The position numbers and the translations under genes were made by a program. Shown here one piece after another: positions 34,931 through 46,044 of a stretch of 64,000 nucleotides of DNA. The notes beneath the pieces were generated by a model. The model was given only the letters and a program-made list of their open reading frames with translations. It ran no database searches and was not told where the DNA came from. Within the stretch, counting starts at the first letter, position 1. The number at the start of each line of letters is the position of its first letter. Location of the stretch: contig CATNEN010000029.1 of assembly GCA_950097015.1 (NCBI GenBank), forward strand, positions 2,542,001 to 2,606,000, read 5' to 3'. This DNA comes from Macrostomum hystrix. Its lineage: Eukaryota; Animalia; Platyhelminthes.

Positions 34931-35387
34931 TCTCGATAGCTCCCAAACCGAATGACCAATTTTCGCGAAAGTCCACCATATGGATCAACATTTTCCACCC
35001 TATTACGATGAACTAACTTTCAAAGCCATCCGACTTCAGAATCGTTGAGAAATACAGCGGTTCTTGTAAAACACCCTGGTGACTAGGAAACTAACATTGT
35101 CCTGTATAAAAATGTATGGCGAAATCACATTGGTTCAAACATGAAAAAAACAATCAATAAAATACAATCAACAATATTAGCCGATATGGTTACATGATGA
35201 AAGTTTTGGGGCAGAATAGCATGCTTATGTATAGCTCGACGATGTTGATGTTTGTGATTCCGGAATTCGTTTAATCAGAGCGGATTACATGTTCTGGATT
35301 TCCCTGGCTAGTGCTTAAATATTTAGGGAGATACAGAAAAAATATAATGTGGGCATTTGAAATCCCCCCGTGGTTCTTTCTACAATT

Positions 35388-35465
35388 AAGCAAGACACTT
35401 AACATTACATAGCTTCAGTTCACCCAGCTGTAAAATGGGGTACCGGCATCCGCTGGGGTAATTGA
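35388..35465 (+). mobile_element. SINE family B central-domain fragment
   Basis: CAAGACACTTAAC...CTTCAGTTCACCCAGCTGTAAAATGGGGTACC resembles CORE-type SINE domains and aligns with about 13810-13885. Confidence 0.6.
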
Positions 35466-35534
35466 GGATGGGTGCGACAAAAGCAAAAAAACTGCGAAAA
35501 TATTGAAGCAGTAGGGTTTTTCAGTACTGTTGCA

Positions 35535-36998
35535 TCACGCTGCAGATTCAGAATTGTTAGCCTGCGCTTGGATGTCAACCAACCATCCCAAAGCTCTTGG
35601 TGCGGCACGAATGAAGAACACTAGCGCTGCCACTAGTGCGACGCAAACAAAAAAGTGAGCGCAGGCAATTCCCGTCTCTTGCAGATCTTGTATCTGCGAG
35701 GCTTTCACGTAGATCCAAAGAAAAAAGACTGTAGTGAAAAACCCGGAACCTCTCAGAGCCATAAACAGTCCAATTATAAAAGTTCGAATCTCGGCCGGCG
35801 AAATCTTAAAAGCGACTTCGTTGACTGCAATCAACATGAGCGCTTCGGAGGTAGCATTAAAGACAGACTGGCTGCCAAATAAAAATATTAGCAACCACTC
35901 ACTATGTTCTGGGGCATCCTTCTGGTTGAGTCCTAAACTCACCGCGCCGGCAATAAGTTGGTTAACAGCCAACACAGCAATGCCCAGTGCTAAGCGAAAG
36001 TAGCGCGACTTATAAGTGGAGTTCAATCGAGTGACTAGCGCCAGACCAGCCACCAGAAAGAGCAGACTCACTGACCAAATCAGCAACAGCAGGTCGTTGT
36101 TTTTTATCAGCGCATAGAGAGTAGTCGGATGGGAGGAAAATTTGGTCAGTTCGTAGCCGCTAGTAACGAACGAGCTCAGCATGAGGATGCAGGATGCTAG
36201 GATAATTGGGCATATGACGATGAGAATGCGTCGAATTCTCGGCCAGGAGGGCACGTGAAATAGGTTAGGGTTCCAGCCTGTGCGCTCCGTGTGAGGCAAA
36301 CAAACGGTCAGCCCCATCATTAGGTGCGTGGTCACAAGACAGGACAGGGTCAGTGGCTCGTGAATGAGATCTGTTCCATATGCGAGCGAACAGCCCACAA
36401 CCTGTCCGACGACTTCGGCCATGTAGTACAGATGGCACAGCCCAATTGTGCCTAGCAATGGCATGCCAACATCATAAGCCTTCGCCATGAGGCACGGACG
36501 GACCAAGCCGGTGGCCAGAGCCAGTAAAGCCTGGCAAAAGTACCTGCACACGTCTCTGCATGCGAAGCGCTGGTAAACCATGCCAACATTGAGCAGGGCA
36601 CCCAGTGTGTAGAAAGTGCAGCCGGCCTGCAGCGTGCGCAGGCATCCGAATTGCCAGTCGGCCGCAATCCCACCCAGCACTGGCAGCAGGAAGGCGATGC
36701 CCAACATAACCTGGTTATTAAAGCTTTGAATCAGCAGCTGCTGCAGCTGGACGGAAGAACTGTCGCCAAGGATGCCACAGAAACTCTGATTTGACGTGGC
36801 ACTCGGCCGGCTGTTAAACACATCGGCAGCGTATTCGTAGAAAGTGGCACGCTCAAGCGCGCAGATGATGAGCACAAGCGTCAGATTGTAAACTTGGACT
36901 CTCTTGGTAGTGACGGCTTCCAGTGCGCCGCGGCGTTCGTGGGGCCCCAACAGCGCCGCTGCTTCGTCCATTTCCTGGTGCTGGCCTTCCGTCTGCAT
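35535..36998 (-). CDS. Intronless POT/PTR2 (SLC15A3/A4-like) MFS transporter, 487 aa
   Basis: First ATG at 36998. CALERATFY resembles SLC15A4 ELLERAAFY; GGIAADWQFG is a PTR2-like motif; ALATGLVRPC resembles ALGTGGIKPC. N-terminal EAAALL dileucine motif and many hydrophobic segments. Confidence 0.8.
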   Translation of the reverse strand: MQTEGQHQEMDEAAALLGPHERRGALEAVTTKRVQVYNLTLVLIICALERATFYEYAADVFNSRPSATSNQSFCGILGDSSSVQLQQLLIQSFNNQVMLGIAFLLPVLGGIAADWQFGCLRTLQAGCTFYTLGALLNVGMVYQRFACRDVCRYFCQALLALATGLVRPCLMAKAYDVGMPLLGTIGLCHLYYMAEVVGQVVGCSLAYGTDLIHEPLTLSCLVTTHLMMGLTVCLPHTERTGWNPNLFHVPSWPRIRRILIVICPIILASCILMLSSFVTSGYELTKFSSHPTTLYALIKNNDLLLLIWSVSLLFLVAGLALVTRLNSTYKSRYFRLALGIAVLAVNQLIAGAVSLGLNQKDAPEHSEWLLIFLFGSQSVFNATSEALMLIAVNEVAFKISPAEIRTFIIGLFMALRGSGFFTTVFFLWIYVKASQIQDLQETGIACAHFFVCVALVAALVFFIRAAPRALGWLVDIQAQANNSESAA

Positions 36999-39900
36999 CA
37001 ATTTGTCATCGTCACAGTGGATTGAAGTTCAATAAATATTTTTATGTAGCTTGCACTAAAAAATAAATAGCTTTATGCTGTGCAGATTGATGTTGCAACC
37101 TTTTTACAAATTTTTTTTGCGGACGCTGAATTATATTTATTGAACGGCTGCAGTTTAGAAAGCCCGTAGTTGAGGACGATATACCATTTTGCTGAATATA
37201 TAACAATTATTTTAAACATAAACAAGGCCTGGTTTGTACCAGCTGTGTATGCATTCAGAAAGCAATAAAGTCTGGTTGCAACATCACGTGGATATATAAA
37301 CATGGCACCTGCAGGTTGTAACTCGAATGTCCATATAATGTACTTTATAGGCGTGATGAAATTATAAGAAAGAGCTAGATATGCGCGAAAATTACCTTTA
37401 ATCATCAAGAGCATGTGTGCGTGGGCTAAATGTATTATTTTACGTGCAGTACAGAACCCAATGTGTGGAATATTGACATTGCAGCTATAGCATTTTGAAA
37501 TGTACGTTAAGTACACAATATGCGTTTGGTTGTGGTGTTTGACACACACGCATAAATAAAGCGTTTGGTTATGTAAATGCTAGTTCATCCGCTAACTTCG
37601 TTATTATTCTAATCGGGAAATGCTACAATTTTACAGTGACGTCTTCACGTAGTACGATTTGCTATTCAAAATACGAAAAAAATCGCAGAAGCAGGAACAG
37701 TGCTAATTCCACCAAAGCATTTTGTATAAAAGTTCTCTCGACCATAAGATTCTCTATTCAGGATTTATACTAATGAAAAACCACGCTAGCAATGAGATGC
37801 GTGCATATATGCACATTACTGCTGCTCTTAATAGTACAAATAATAGTCGTAGACTTTCGACAATACTGATATTTGAATATTAGTATAGTGCACAACTGCA
37901 GAGTGCACGAGCACACGTCACTACTCTCTGGACGCAGAGAGAATCCAAAATGACGCTATAAAAAATCTTTGCATCACCAACTATCTTGCTAATAAAACTG
38001 TAAATCCCAGGCAGTGCAAAAGTTAATAAATCGTTTAGTAATTCGCACGTGTAACGATCTGTAACGCACAATAAGAAAATGAATACTTTGTAATTTACAG
38101 GCAATACAAAACTTGAAATTTTGTGGAATTACAACGAAGTGTATGTGCAGGTTGTAGTGGGTGTGGATGTGGAAGTGGTTGTAGTTAGAAACCTACATAC
38201 TAAAAAACAGACACCTAAGCACTTGTTATAGTAAAAAATTATGGAACCTGCAGTGTTCGGGCAAATTGATTCGGTATCACAACATAACGCATAGTTTTCG
38301 TCGCTGTATAACCAGCAAGAAATCGTATTATCTGTCAATATGTGACAAAAAATTACAAAAATAAATTCTGAATGAAATTTATTTCTTTTCTTGTTTCGAA
38401 CTCTTTAAATTATACAGATTTTGTTTTAGCGCAGTTGGTTTAAAGAAGAAATGACAGTCAGCAAAAAAGCGAAAAGGGCCCAGCACCAGCAGTATTGCAC
38501 AATTTGCAGATAAAGCATATTCTACATTTGTTTCGCTATGTGATGCAATAATATAATTTAAATATGTTTTGAACTATAATTCAAACCCTCAGCCGAGCGC
38601 GATGACAAAAGTTAATGCAAGGAATTAAACGATGCTTAATATTTTATTTACTATTCACATTTCTTGGCCAAAGAAATTAGACAAAACTTTATTTAAATAT
38701 AAAAATGCAGAGCAATTAAATCGGTTCCTAAATTGACATCACTGCATTAGCACTGCATTAGCTATAGTATTAGCTATGCTATAAAAACGCAAGCTTTGTA
38801 TTTTACATAATAAGCAAACTTCATTTTTTTCATTTCTGATATCTGGTACATTTCCATAAATTTAGCTAGCCAGTTTAATTATAAGTAAAGTAGGACTAGC
38901 TAGTTATTTAAATCAATAATATTTACTGATCAGTGTTCCCAATTTTTTTTATTGAATATCTAAAACTTCAAAAAAACTTTCATTAAATAGGCCTACTTTG
39001 TTTCTATTTTTGTTTTTGTTATTTTTAATACTTTGTTATTGTGTGAGTTGACATTTAAATTTTAATACTTTGTACTTGTGTAAGTTGACATTGCTTTGTG
39101 CCATAGTCTGCGTATTGCTAGATGCCATTGTGCCCTAGGGAACTGCAAAAATTGTTTATAACAGTTGAATATAGAAAAAATTGAAAGTCAAAAGTCAAAA
39201 AGTGAAAGTGAAAAAGTCAAAATTGAAGTCAAAAAGTATATGTAGACGTTGGCCTTTGCTAGATATACATAAAGTATTTTCATAAAATGTAAAGGAATGT
39301 AATGTATCTGAAGCCAACTTTGAGCTAAATTGAAATATTATTGCTAGGCCTACTTTTTTTAATACCCCTTGTATAAATATAGCATATAAAATATAGGGAA
39401 TACATGTCAGTTATATTATCTTTAGGCCTACAACTATTATTTGGACTATCTAAATATTAAAATGGTCCTAAATCTTAAAGACAGATTAAAGCTCTAAATA
39501 TATAAAGGATCCCAATTCTGTCAACATAATTTTAGATGCATTTATTGATTTCTATGCTATACCTTGTAAGCTATTATATCTTATAATAATAGTTTATAGC
39601 TTATAATACTAATAATTTACAAGAGTCAAGTAGTAAAATAACTATTAATATTTTTTTTTGATTATGAAGCAATTCTTGAAGCAATATATATTGCCTATAT
39701 GATTAAATATAATTCTAGATTGATTCAAAATTTTATAGTACTTATTTATAGGGCCTATGGCTAGTATTAGTAGGCCCTCTCTGGCCTAGTTATTAAAATT
39801 TAAACTTTCTTTTGTGTTAAGACAATATATTTTAATTTAAACAGAAGATAATTTTTATGGAACTTAATCATGTTTCATTACTTCTCATTATTTAGCTTTC

Positions 39901-40603
39901 ATATATTGAATATTAACTCAAATTATTTAACTGGCTAGCTATATTGGAAATATATATTATGGTATATTAGCAACATAATCATTTTAGAATAGTCTAGCCT
40001 GTCACATTATTAGTTTTAGTGTTACACAATTAAATTAATTTATCAATGAGCTATTGCCATATAGTCCAGAATTAAGCAAAATGTTTTGCTTAGTGTGTAT
40101 TCAAAAAAATAAAACAATGTTTTCTATAATAATATGAATTAGTATGATAATATTTTTGTTTATCCAAGATTAATATGATTAAAAGAAAAAAGTTTTTACC
40201 CATAAGTAAAATATTAGTCATGATTACTGAGGCTTTTAGAATAAATAAAGCCAAATAATGTATTATTGTTGTAGTGTCAAATATGAATATACCAAATAGC
40301 AAAGTTCTAGCAGCTTGATAGATATTCCTTGGCATTTGAATTTTTATACTTAACAAAAATCTTTTTTAAAGTTGATATGGACCATGTTGTAGTATTATTG
40401 CAATCATACAACTTTTGGCATGATTGCATGTCACTTATGCTAAAAATAAAAAATGTTTTTTTTTGACATTCAAAACTTTTTTTTCTGTTATTTATTGATT
40501 GCTTTAAAGACTATATATTCCAATTGTTGTGGTGCTTTTTACAAGAATCTTATACTATTCTTAATGCATATTTTAAAATATGTATTTCAGAGTTGTGGCT
40601 AAA

Positions 40604-40665
40604 ATGGATGACATTATTGACAGGCTAAAGAAGATGAGGATTAACGACTGCCAGTATGAGAAGAG
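40604..40665 (+). CDS. RNF25: RWD-RING E3 ligase exon 1
   Basis: MDDIIDRLKKMRINDCQYEK, phase-2 donor AG|GTAAGC. An acceptor TTTCAG lies at 40590, 13 nt before the ATG. Confidence 0.65.
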
Positions 40666-40874
40666 GTAAGCATAAAACTGTATTTTCTAATATGCTTCGT
40701 GGTTTTGAAACTATTTAAATTGGATAAAAAGTATAATACTCAGTCAAACGAAAATTTAAACCTAAAACTTTATAAGTAAGCCAGAAAGTCCATGTACTTT
40801 TAGGCCTAAATCTCTATACTTCATACAGTGCTTTAAATGTATGTCTTTAATCTGACATTTCCTCCCTTCTGCAG

Positions 40875-41127
40875 TGAATCTGGCGCCGTGAAGCTGACCG
40901 TGACCGTTCAAGTTGGCAAGAAAAGCGAAGGCGATGAGGCCGACAAGAATGGTTTCTCTGCCACCGCCGTGATCAGCTGCGCGCCTGACTATCCCGAGAG
41001 TTGCGCCTCTGTGCAAATTGTCTCTTCTAGCGGCGTGTCTTCTGAGGCTATCACCGAGATGACCAAAAGAGTCACCGAGGTTGCCAACGAGAAGAAGGGC
41101 GAGGAATGTGTTCCTCTGCTGATCCGG
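40875..41127 (+). CDS. RNF25: RWD-RING E3 ligase exon 2 (RWD domain)
   Basis: CTGCAG|T phase 2, RWD-like ISCAPDYPES and EKKGEECVPLLIR, phase-0 donor CGG|GTGAGC. Confidence 0.75.
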
Positions 41128-41574
41128 GTGAGCAATAGACGGAGCTGCGGCATTGTTGGATGTGATTAGAAATTGATTAGATTTTTCATACACTGGCAAG
41201 TAATATGGTGACAGTAAAACACTTGCAAGCGAGAGGCAACTTTGCCCCATTCCACTGGCCCCTGAACAATCTTCAAGCTGTGTGCATTTACTGTGCCTTA
41301 AGGATTGGCCCTTGGATGTAAGTTTCACTAGTCCCTTAGCATTGTGCCTTGCCTTGAACTTGCCTTGACCTTGTTGCAAGAGGCAATCGACTTAACTGCT
41401 TCGCCGCTTCCCGGAATCTAGATAATTTAGTCATTGTTCTCTGGTCGACTGAATTTGAATCTAAATTTTGTCTTGCACGTTGCAGCCTGAAGATAGATAC
41501 AATCGGCACCTAACCCAGTTAAGGAAGATGTAAATCCATTGGCATATATTTATACTTATTTCTGCAGCAGGGCA

Positions 41575-41860
41575 CCGGTGCATAATTTAGGGACAGTGGA
41601 CTCGCAGCCAGCGAGGAGGCAATTCTGCCAATATCGCTGACTCCTAAGTACACACCCACACAGATACTGTACGCAGTCACACACTCACACAGGTGTGTAC
41701 ACTCTCACTGTGCCTTGGATGTTGGCCCTAAATTGCACGACAAGCCTCCAAGCCCTATCTAAGCGGCTGCGCCCCAAATGAATGTGGCCTGACTACGGAA
41801 TCGAGCTCAGGGACCTTGGTGCGAGAGGCAGACGCATTAGACCGCTCTGCCATTTGCTCC
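41575..41860 (-). mobile_element. tRNA-derived SINE family A, most complete copy (in RNF25-like intron 2)
   Basis: Minus strand begins with A-box TGGCAGAGCGG and B-box-like GCTCGATTCC, followed by a body shared with the 8607-8930 and 34779-34930 copies. Confidence 0.75.
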
Positions 41861-42107
41861 CATCAGCCAGTGGCACAGCCAAACGGCTGTGTGCATCTGT
41901 TCCTGAGTCCATGAGCTGGGGACTGCTACACATGCTAAAATGTCTACCCGCAGCTAATGCTGTATACCTAATTTACAGTTGATTTGAGCTAGTGAGGAGT
42001 AGTGAGGAATTATGTGTCTTCCGCGCACACCGAAACCCTCCGTCAGAATTTCAAATCTTTAATTGCTAGGCCACAACATGCATAACCTTTACCACGCCTA
42101 ACTTCAG

Positions 42108-43088
42108 ATTGTTCGCCGCTACTTGCTGGACCAGCGCGTCCACGAATGCCCGGCCTGCAAAGCCGACCTAGTTGGCGGCCAATCGGACAGTTGGCGTTCC
42201 CATTGTGGCCACTTCTACCACCGGGCTTGCATTATTAGTCTGATCCAGACTAGCGCCCGGGCGCAGCAGGAGAACTGGCCGGAGGGAGGCGACGACGAGC
42301 AGCCGGCTCAGGCTGCCGAGCGTCGCCCAGTTTGTCCGGCCTGCGGTCTTTACGAGTTCACCCTGCGTGACGATAAGCCCATTAGCCGGCGCATCAATAA
42401 GCCCGGCAGCGGCGGCGGCAGGTTTCGCGGCCGTCGAGGACGCAATCAACACTCCGGAGACGGCGAGGTGGTCGAAGGCGAAGCCGGCCAGGGTGATCAG
42501 CGTCGTCGGCGACCTAGACGGCCTCGCAATCGTCGCGGGGGCCCTGGTGAGAACGCCGAGCCCGCTGGGGGCGAGGGAGAAGGCGAACACGAGGGCGACG
42601 CCGCTCCTGGCCAGCGTCGACAGCGCAAAAGGAATCCAAACAGGCGCCGTCGGCAACAACAACGCTCGGGTGGCGAAGGCGACGGCGACGCCGAAGTTGG
42701 CGGCGACGATCCGAAGCTGTTTAATCAGCGCCGTCAGGCCGATATGCGCTTCAATGAGTTTGAGCAGCTTCGCAACCAAGTCGGTTCTGGCAACGGAAAG
42801 GGTGGCGGGCGTCGCGGCGGTGGCGGCTACCAAGGCGACTTCCCGCAGCCAGGCTACGTTGACGAGAACGGCGGATTCTATGCTCCTGATGGCTATTATT
42901 ATTATGATGGACCTCGCGGTTTCTACTCCGCTCTGGAAGCCTATGGAGGAGGCGGTCGCGGTGGTCCTCGCGGTGGTGGTGGTGGCGGCGGAGGCCGCAG
43001 GCGCAACCGTCCGCGCCGTCCAAGGGGTGATGGCAGCAACGGCAACGCTGGCGCCCCGGCTGAAGAGGCTCCGGTGGCCGAAGTTTAA
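42108..43088 (+). CDS. RNF25: RWD-RING E3 ligase exon 3 (RING-H2 plus Arg/RGG-rich tail)
   Basis: TTCAG|ATT phase 0. CPAC-x15-CGHFYHRAC-x30-CPAC is a C3H2C3 RING with a long insert, as in RNF25/AO7. Symbol assigned by domain architecture only. Confidence 0.8.
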   Translation: MVRRYLLDQRVHECPACKADLVGGQSDSWRSHCGHFYHRACIISLIQTSARAQQENWPEGGDDEQPAQAAERRPVCPACGLYEFTLRDDKPISRRINKPGSGGGRFRGRRGRNQHSGDGEVVEGEAGQGDQRRRRPRRPRNRRGGPGENAEPAGGEGEGEHEGDAAPGQRRQRKRNPNRRRRQQQRSGGEGDGDAEVGGDDPKLFNQRRQADMRFNEFEQLRNQVGSGNGKGGGRRGGGGYQGDFPQPGYVDENGGFYAPDGYYYYDGPRGFYSALEAYGGGGRGGPRGGGGGGGGRRRNRPRRPRGDGSNGNAGAPAEEAPVAEV

Positions 43089-44154
43089 ACTGTGCGCGCA
43101 TCGGATCCACGGTATTGTGGCCAGCCGCGGTTACTGTGGGGATGGACCTTTGCGTTCTTTGTTAAACCCCTGAGCGCGATAACTATTTATTTTGATTGCA
43201 AACAGGGGCGTCGTTATTAAAACTGGCTTGTTTTCTGCCCGATTTCCTATCAAATAACCACCCTCTGTTTTTTTCAACTGTCGCCTACCTGATTTGGCTG
43301 CAACAGACGAAAAAATCAATTAGTTAATCTGCCCGGCATGCTGGTGTGTTTTGCGTCAGAAAGAAATGCGCTTGCTGCCGCTTTTCCTCCCAACCCACCC
43401 CACCGTGTGTTTGTGTACGAATCCGCGTTATTATTATTCAACTAAATTCGCGTCCAAGGAAGCCTTGGATATTGTTTTCTTGTCATCTTTTTGAGCGGAG
43501 TTGCCAGTAGCGCAGTTTTAAAATTAACAACCTCCGCAGTTCCTCGGCTATCCACCCATCTTGGACGCGCTTATTTTCTTCTCTCTTCTCTATTCTTGTT
43601 TTTCAGTTCTATTTTCAGTGCTAAACCAGCTCTAGCTAATTCCTCTGCTCTTTTCTTAGAATAGAATGGGAATGCCTCTGAGTAGCGGCAGCAACTTTCT
43701 GCTTACTGATTAGTTAATTAATAAGATTTCAACTTTTTCAAAGCTAAACTGGTTTCGATTGGGTATAGTAGGCCAAGATAAGATACCGCTATACTAGATA
43801 CTCGTTCATGTGGACCACCTGGCACAGTTATGCGAGAACTTTTTCTATCTAGATGGGTCATTAAGTGCAGAATTTTGGTCCCCCTACTCTCTCGCCTAGC
43901 CGACTATCTGTCTGCTGTTATTAGTGTTTTTCGTCATTTTCATCATTTTTTCTGCTTAGTGACTGTTCTTTGCGCCGCGTTCTCCGAAATTTCTACTGAG
44001 CACTTTAGTGACAACGAACAAACAGTTAAGTCGATGGGCGACCTCTAGATATATTGAAAGACATTGGCTTCATTCATTGAGCTTACGTCTTAAATAGTAT
44101 GATTTGGGGCGCTAAGCTGGGATGTAGTATCGGGCTCGTCTCCATGAGATTCTA

Positions 44155-46044
44155 CCTTGAGTTAGATTAATAACTAATACAAAAACTGCGCACCGAGTCG
44201 TTGATTTTTTATAACTCACGTTTTTTATCTTAGTTTTTTCACCCAAGACCAAAATCGGTGGCGGTTTTTATAAAATTTTTGTTTTGGTTGTCGCAAGCAT
44301 TTGTTTTTCTAGTGCGTCTGATTCTATAAAATCTTATTATCTTATAAATCATATATTAGAATAACTTGTTGAACAGGTCCTGTGTTTTATTTACTTCGGC
44401 ATGGTGAACAAATAACTTTATTTTAAAATAGTTTATTAATTATTAGTAATAGATTGTATACGTGTAGTCATAATATTGGGATTTAGAAAAGCTTAGCAAT
44501 ATCTGTGGTTTCATAACAACGATATCATCCAGATGTACTGTTAGCTTTGTACCTCTATTATACCTCTATTGTTTGGAGAACAAATTGCGAGCGACCTACT
44601 TGTCCTTGTAGTATATCCGAATCGTAAAATGTCAACTCAGTAGATAAATGAAGCTCTCTGAAGGGAAAGAAATCTCCTTATCTACACTGTTGCCATTAAT
44701 TATTTTACTGTTATCTAAACAATGAGCACAAGTTAACTACTATAAGTAGGAGAAAAATATTCACAATTTAAGTTATGCCATCAATTGGTACAATTCAAAA
44801 ATATAAAAGTGAGTAATCTGATTCATAGTTAATCCAATATTATTTAGTTTTTTCTGGCGCCCAAGTTTGTTTGGATTTTGATAATCAGAAATTATACAAA
44901 TGCAATCTTATTTACAACTTGTTGCTTTTTTAGTTTCCTTTTTGATGCGTTAATTTAGCCTTGTGATTAGGTGCTTAGAAAATGAATCTTGTGAATTTTA
45001 TCGGAAGTACGGTTATGTTTTCATGAAGTAAAAAAAATGTGACGAATGGCGAACGAATCGAGACAAATAATATATTCGTATATTGTAGCGAAGCGGTATG
45101 CACTTCAGGAGTAAGTAGGTAATCACAAACAAACACTGCCAACCTTTCAGTCAGGGGACATTAATATTAGCTGTTCGATCAAACTCGAGTCTGATTTAGT
45201 TAAGTTGTTATACACAGGTGTATACGCAGAGAGTTAAGCCAATCAGGATACAGGGTGAGTGCCGGGTACAACATCATATATATTCTACTTTGTAATCATA
45301 AAAGCTAAAAAATATGCATGCGCACCATACATACTTGTAAATAAATTTGTAAAGTAAAAATACGAATTGGTATAATGTCAAAGTACGACATAAAACGAAT
45401 AATGTCGGATAATGAAACATCGTACAAGTACAAAATGAAATCGATTATAGAATTCTACGAGGATTGTACACACTTTATAATCTTATTTATGTTATTTAAA
45501 CAATTTATTCATATTTAAACAATCTTGCAGTCATATATACTCTAAAATGTTTTTTTAAGTCCTAGGACTTACTAAGCTTGTGTGCTTGCTTGCGTGTCTA
45601 TTCGAAAAAAGCAATAACAACTAGATAAAGATGGACGAGACACTTCTTTTCTTGCATTTTTCCAAAAACGAAGTGTCCCGTTCTTCTAGTGGTCCTTGCT
45701 AAAACATGTACCAACAACAAATTGTAGACAAAAAATTATTAACAACATTACTCTAAATCTTCCACTTAGAACCGAAAGAACCGAAACTTCTTTGAAATTT
45801 TCCACTTTAGCTCAGTATGCTCAATATGTAATATCAGTTCATATAAAACTGATTTAGACAAGAATCCTCAAGACTCCAGGCACTCCGTGGCTAGAAATAT
45901 ATAGCTACCTAATTTCCTAATTTCTAATAAAAACCGCCACCGATTTTGGTCTTGGGTGAAAAAAACAAAGATAAAAAACGTGAGTTATAAAAAATCAACG
46001 ACTCGGTGCGCAGTTTTTGTATTAGTTATTAATCTAACTCAAGG
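44155..46044. mobile_element. Non-autonomous DNA transposon with about 117-bp terminal inverted repeats
   Basis: 44155-44271 is the reverse complement of 45927-46044 (1 mismatch, 1 indel). Flanked by TA on both sides; AT-rich interior with no ORF. Confidence 0.85.

Noticed and set aside
40762-41379. 205-aa minus-strand ORF
   Set aside because: Antisense to the RWD exon, which has in-phase splice sites on the plus strand.
42168-43173. Overlapping ORFs (221 aa minus, 268 aa plus) over the RNF25-like exon 3
   Set aside because: Shadow frames of a GC-rich, stop-poor coding exon. The same applies to the alternative frames over the ZMIZ and Kv exons.
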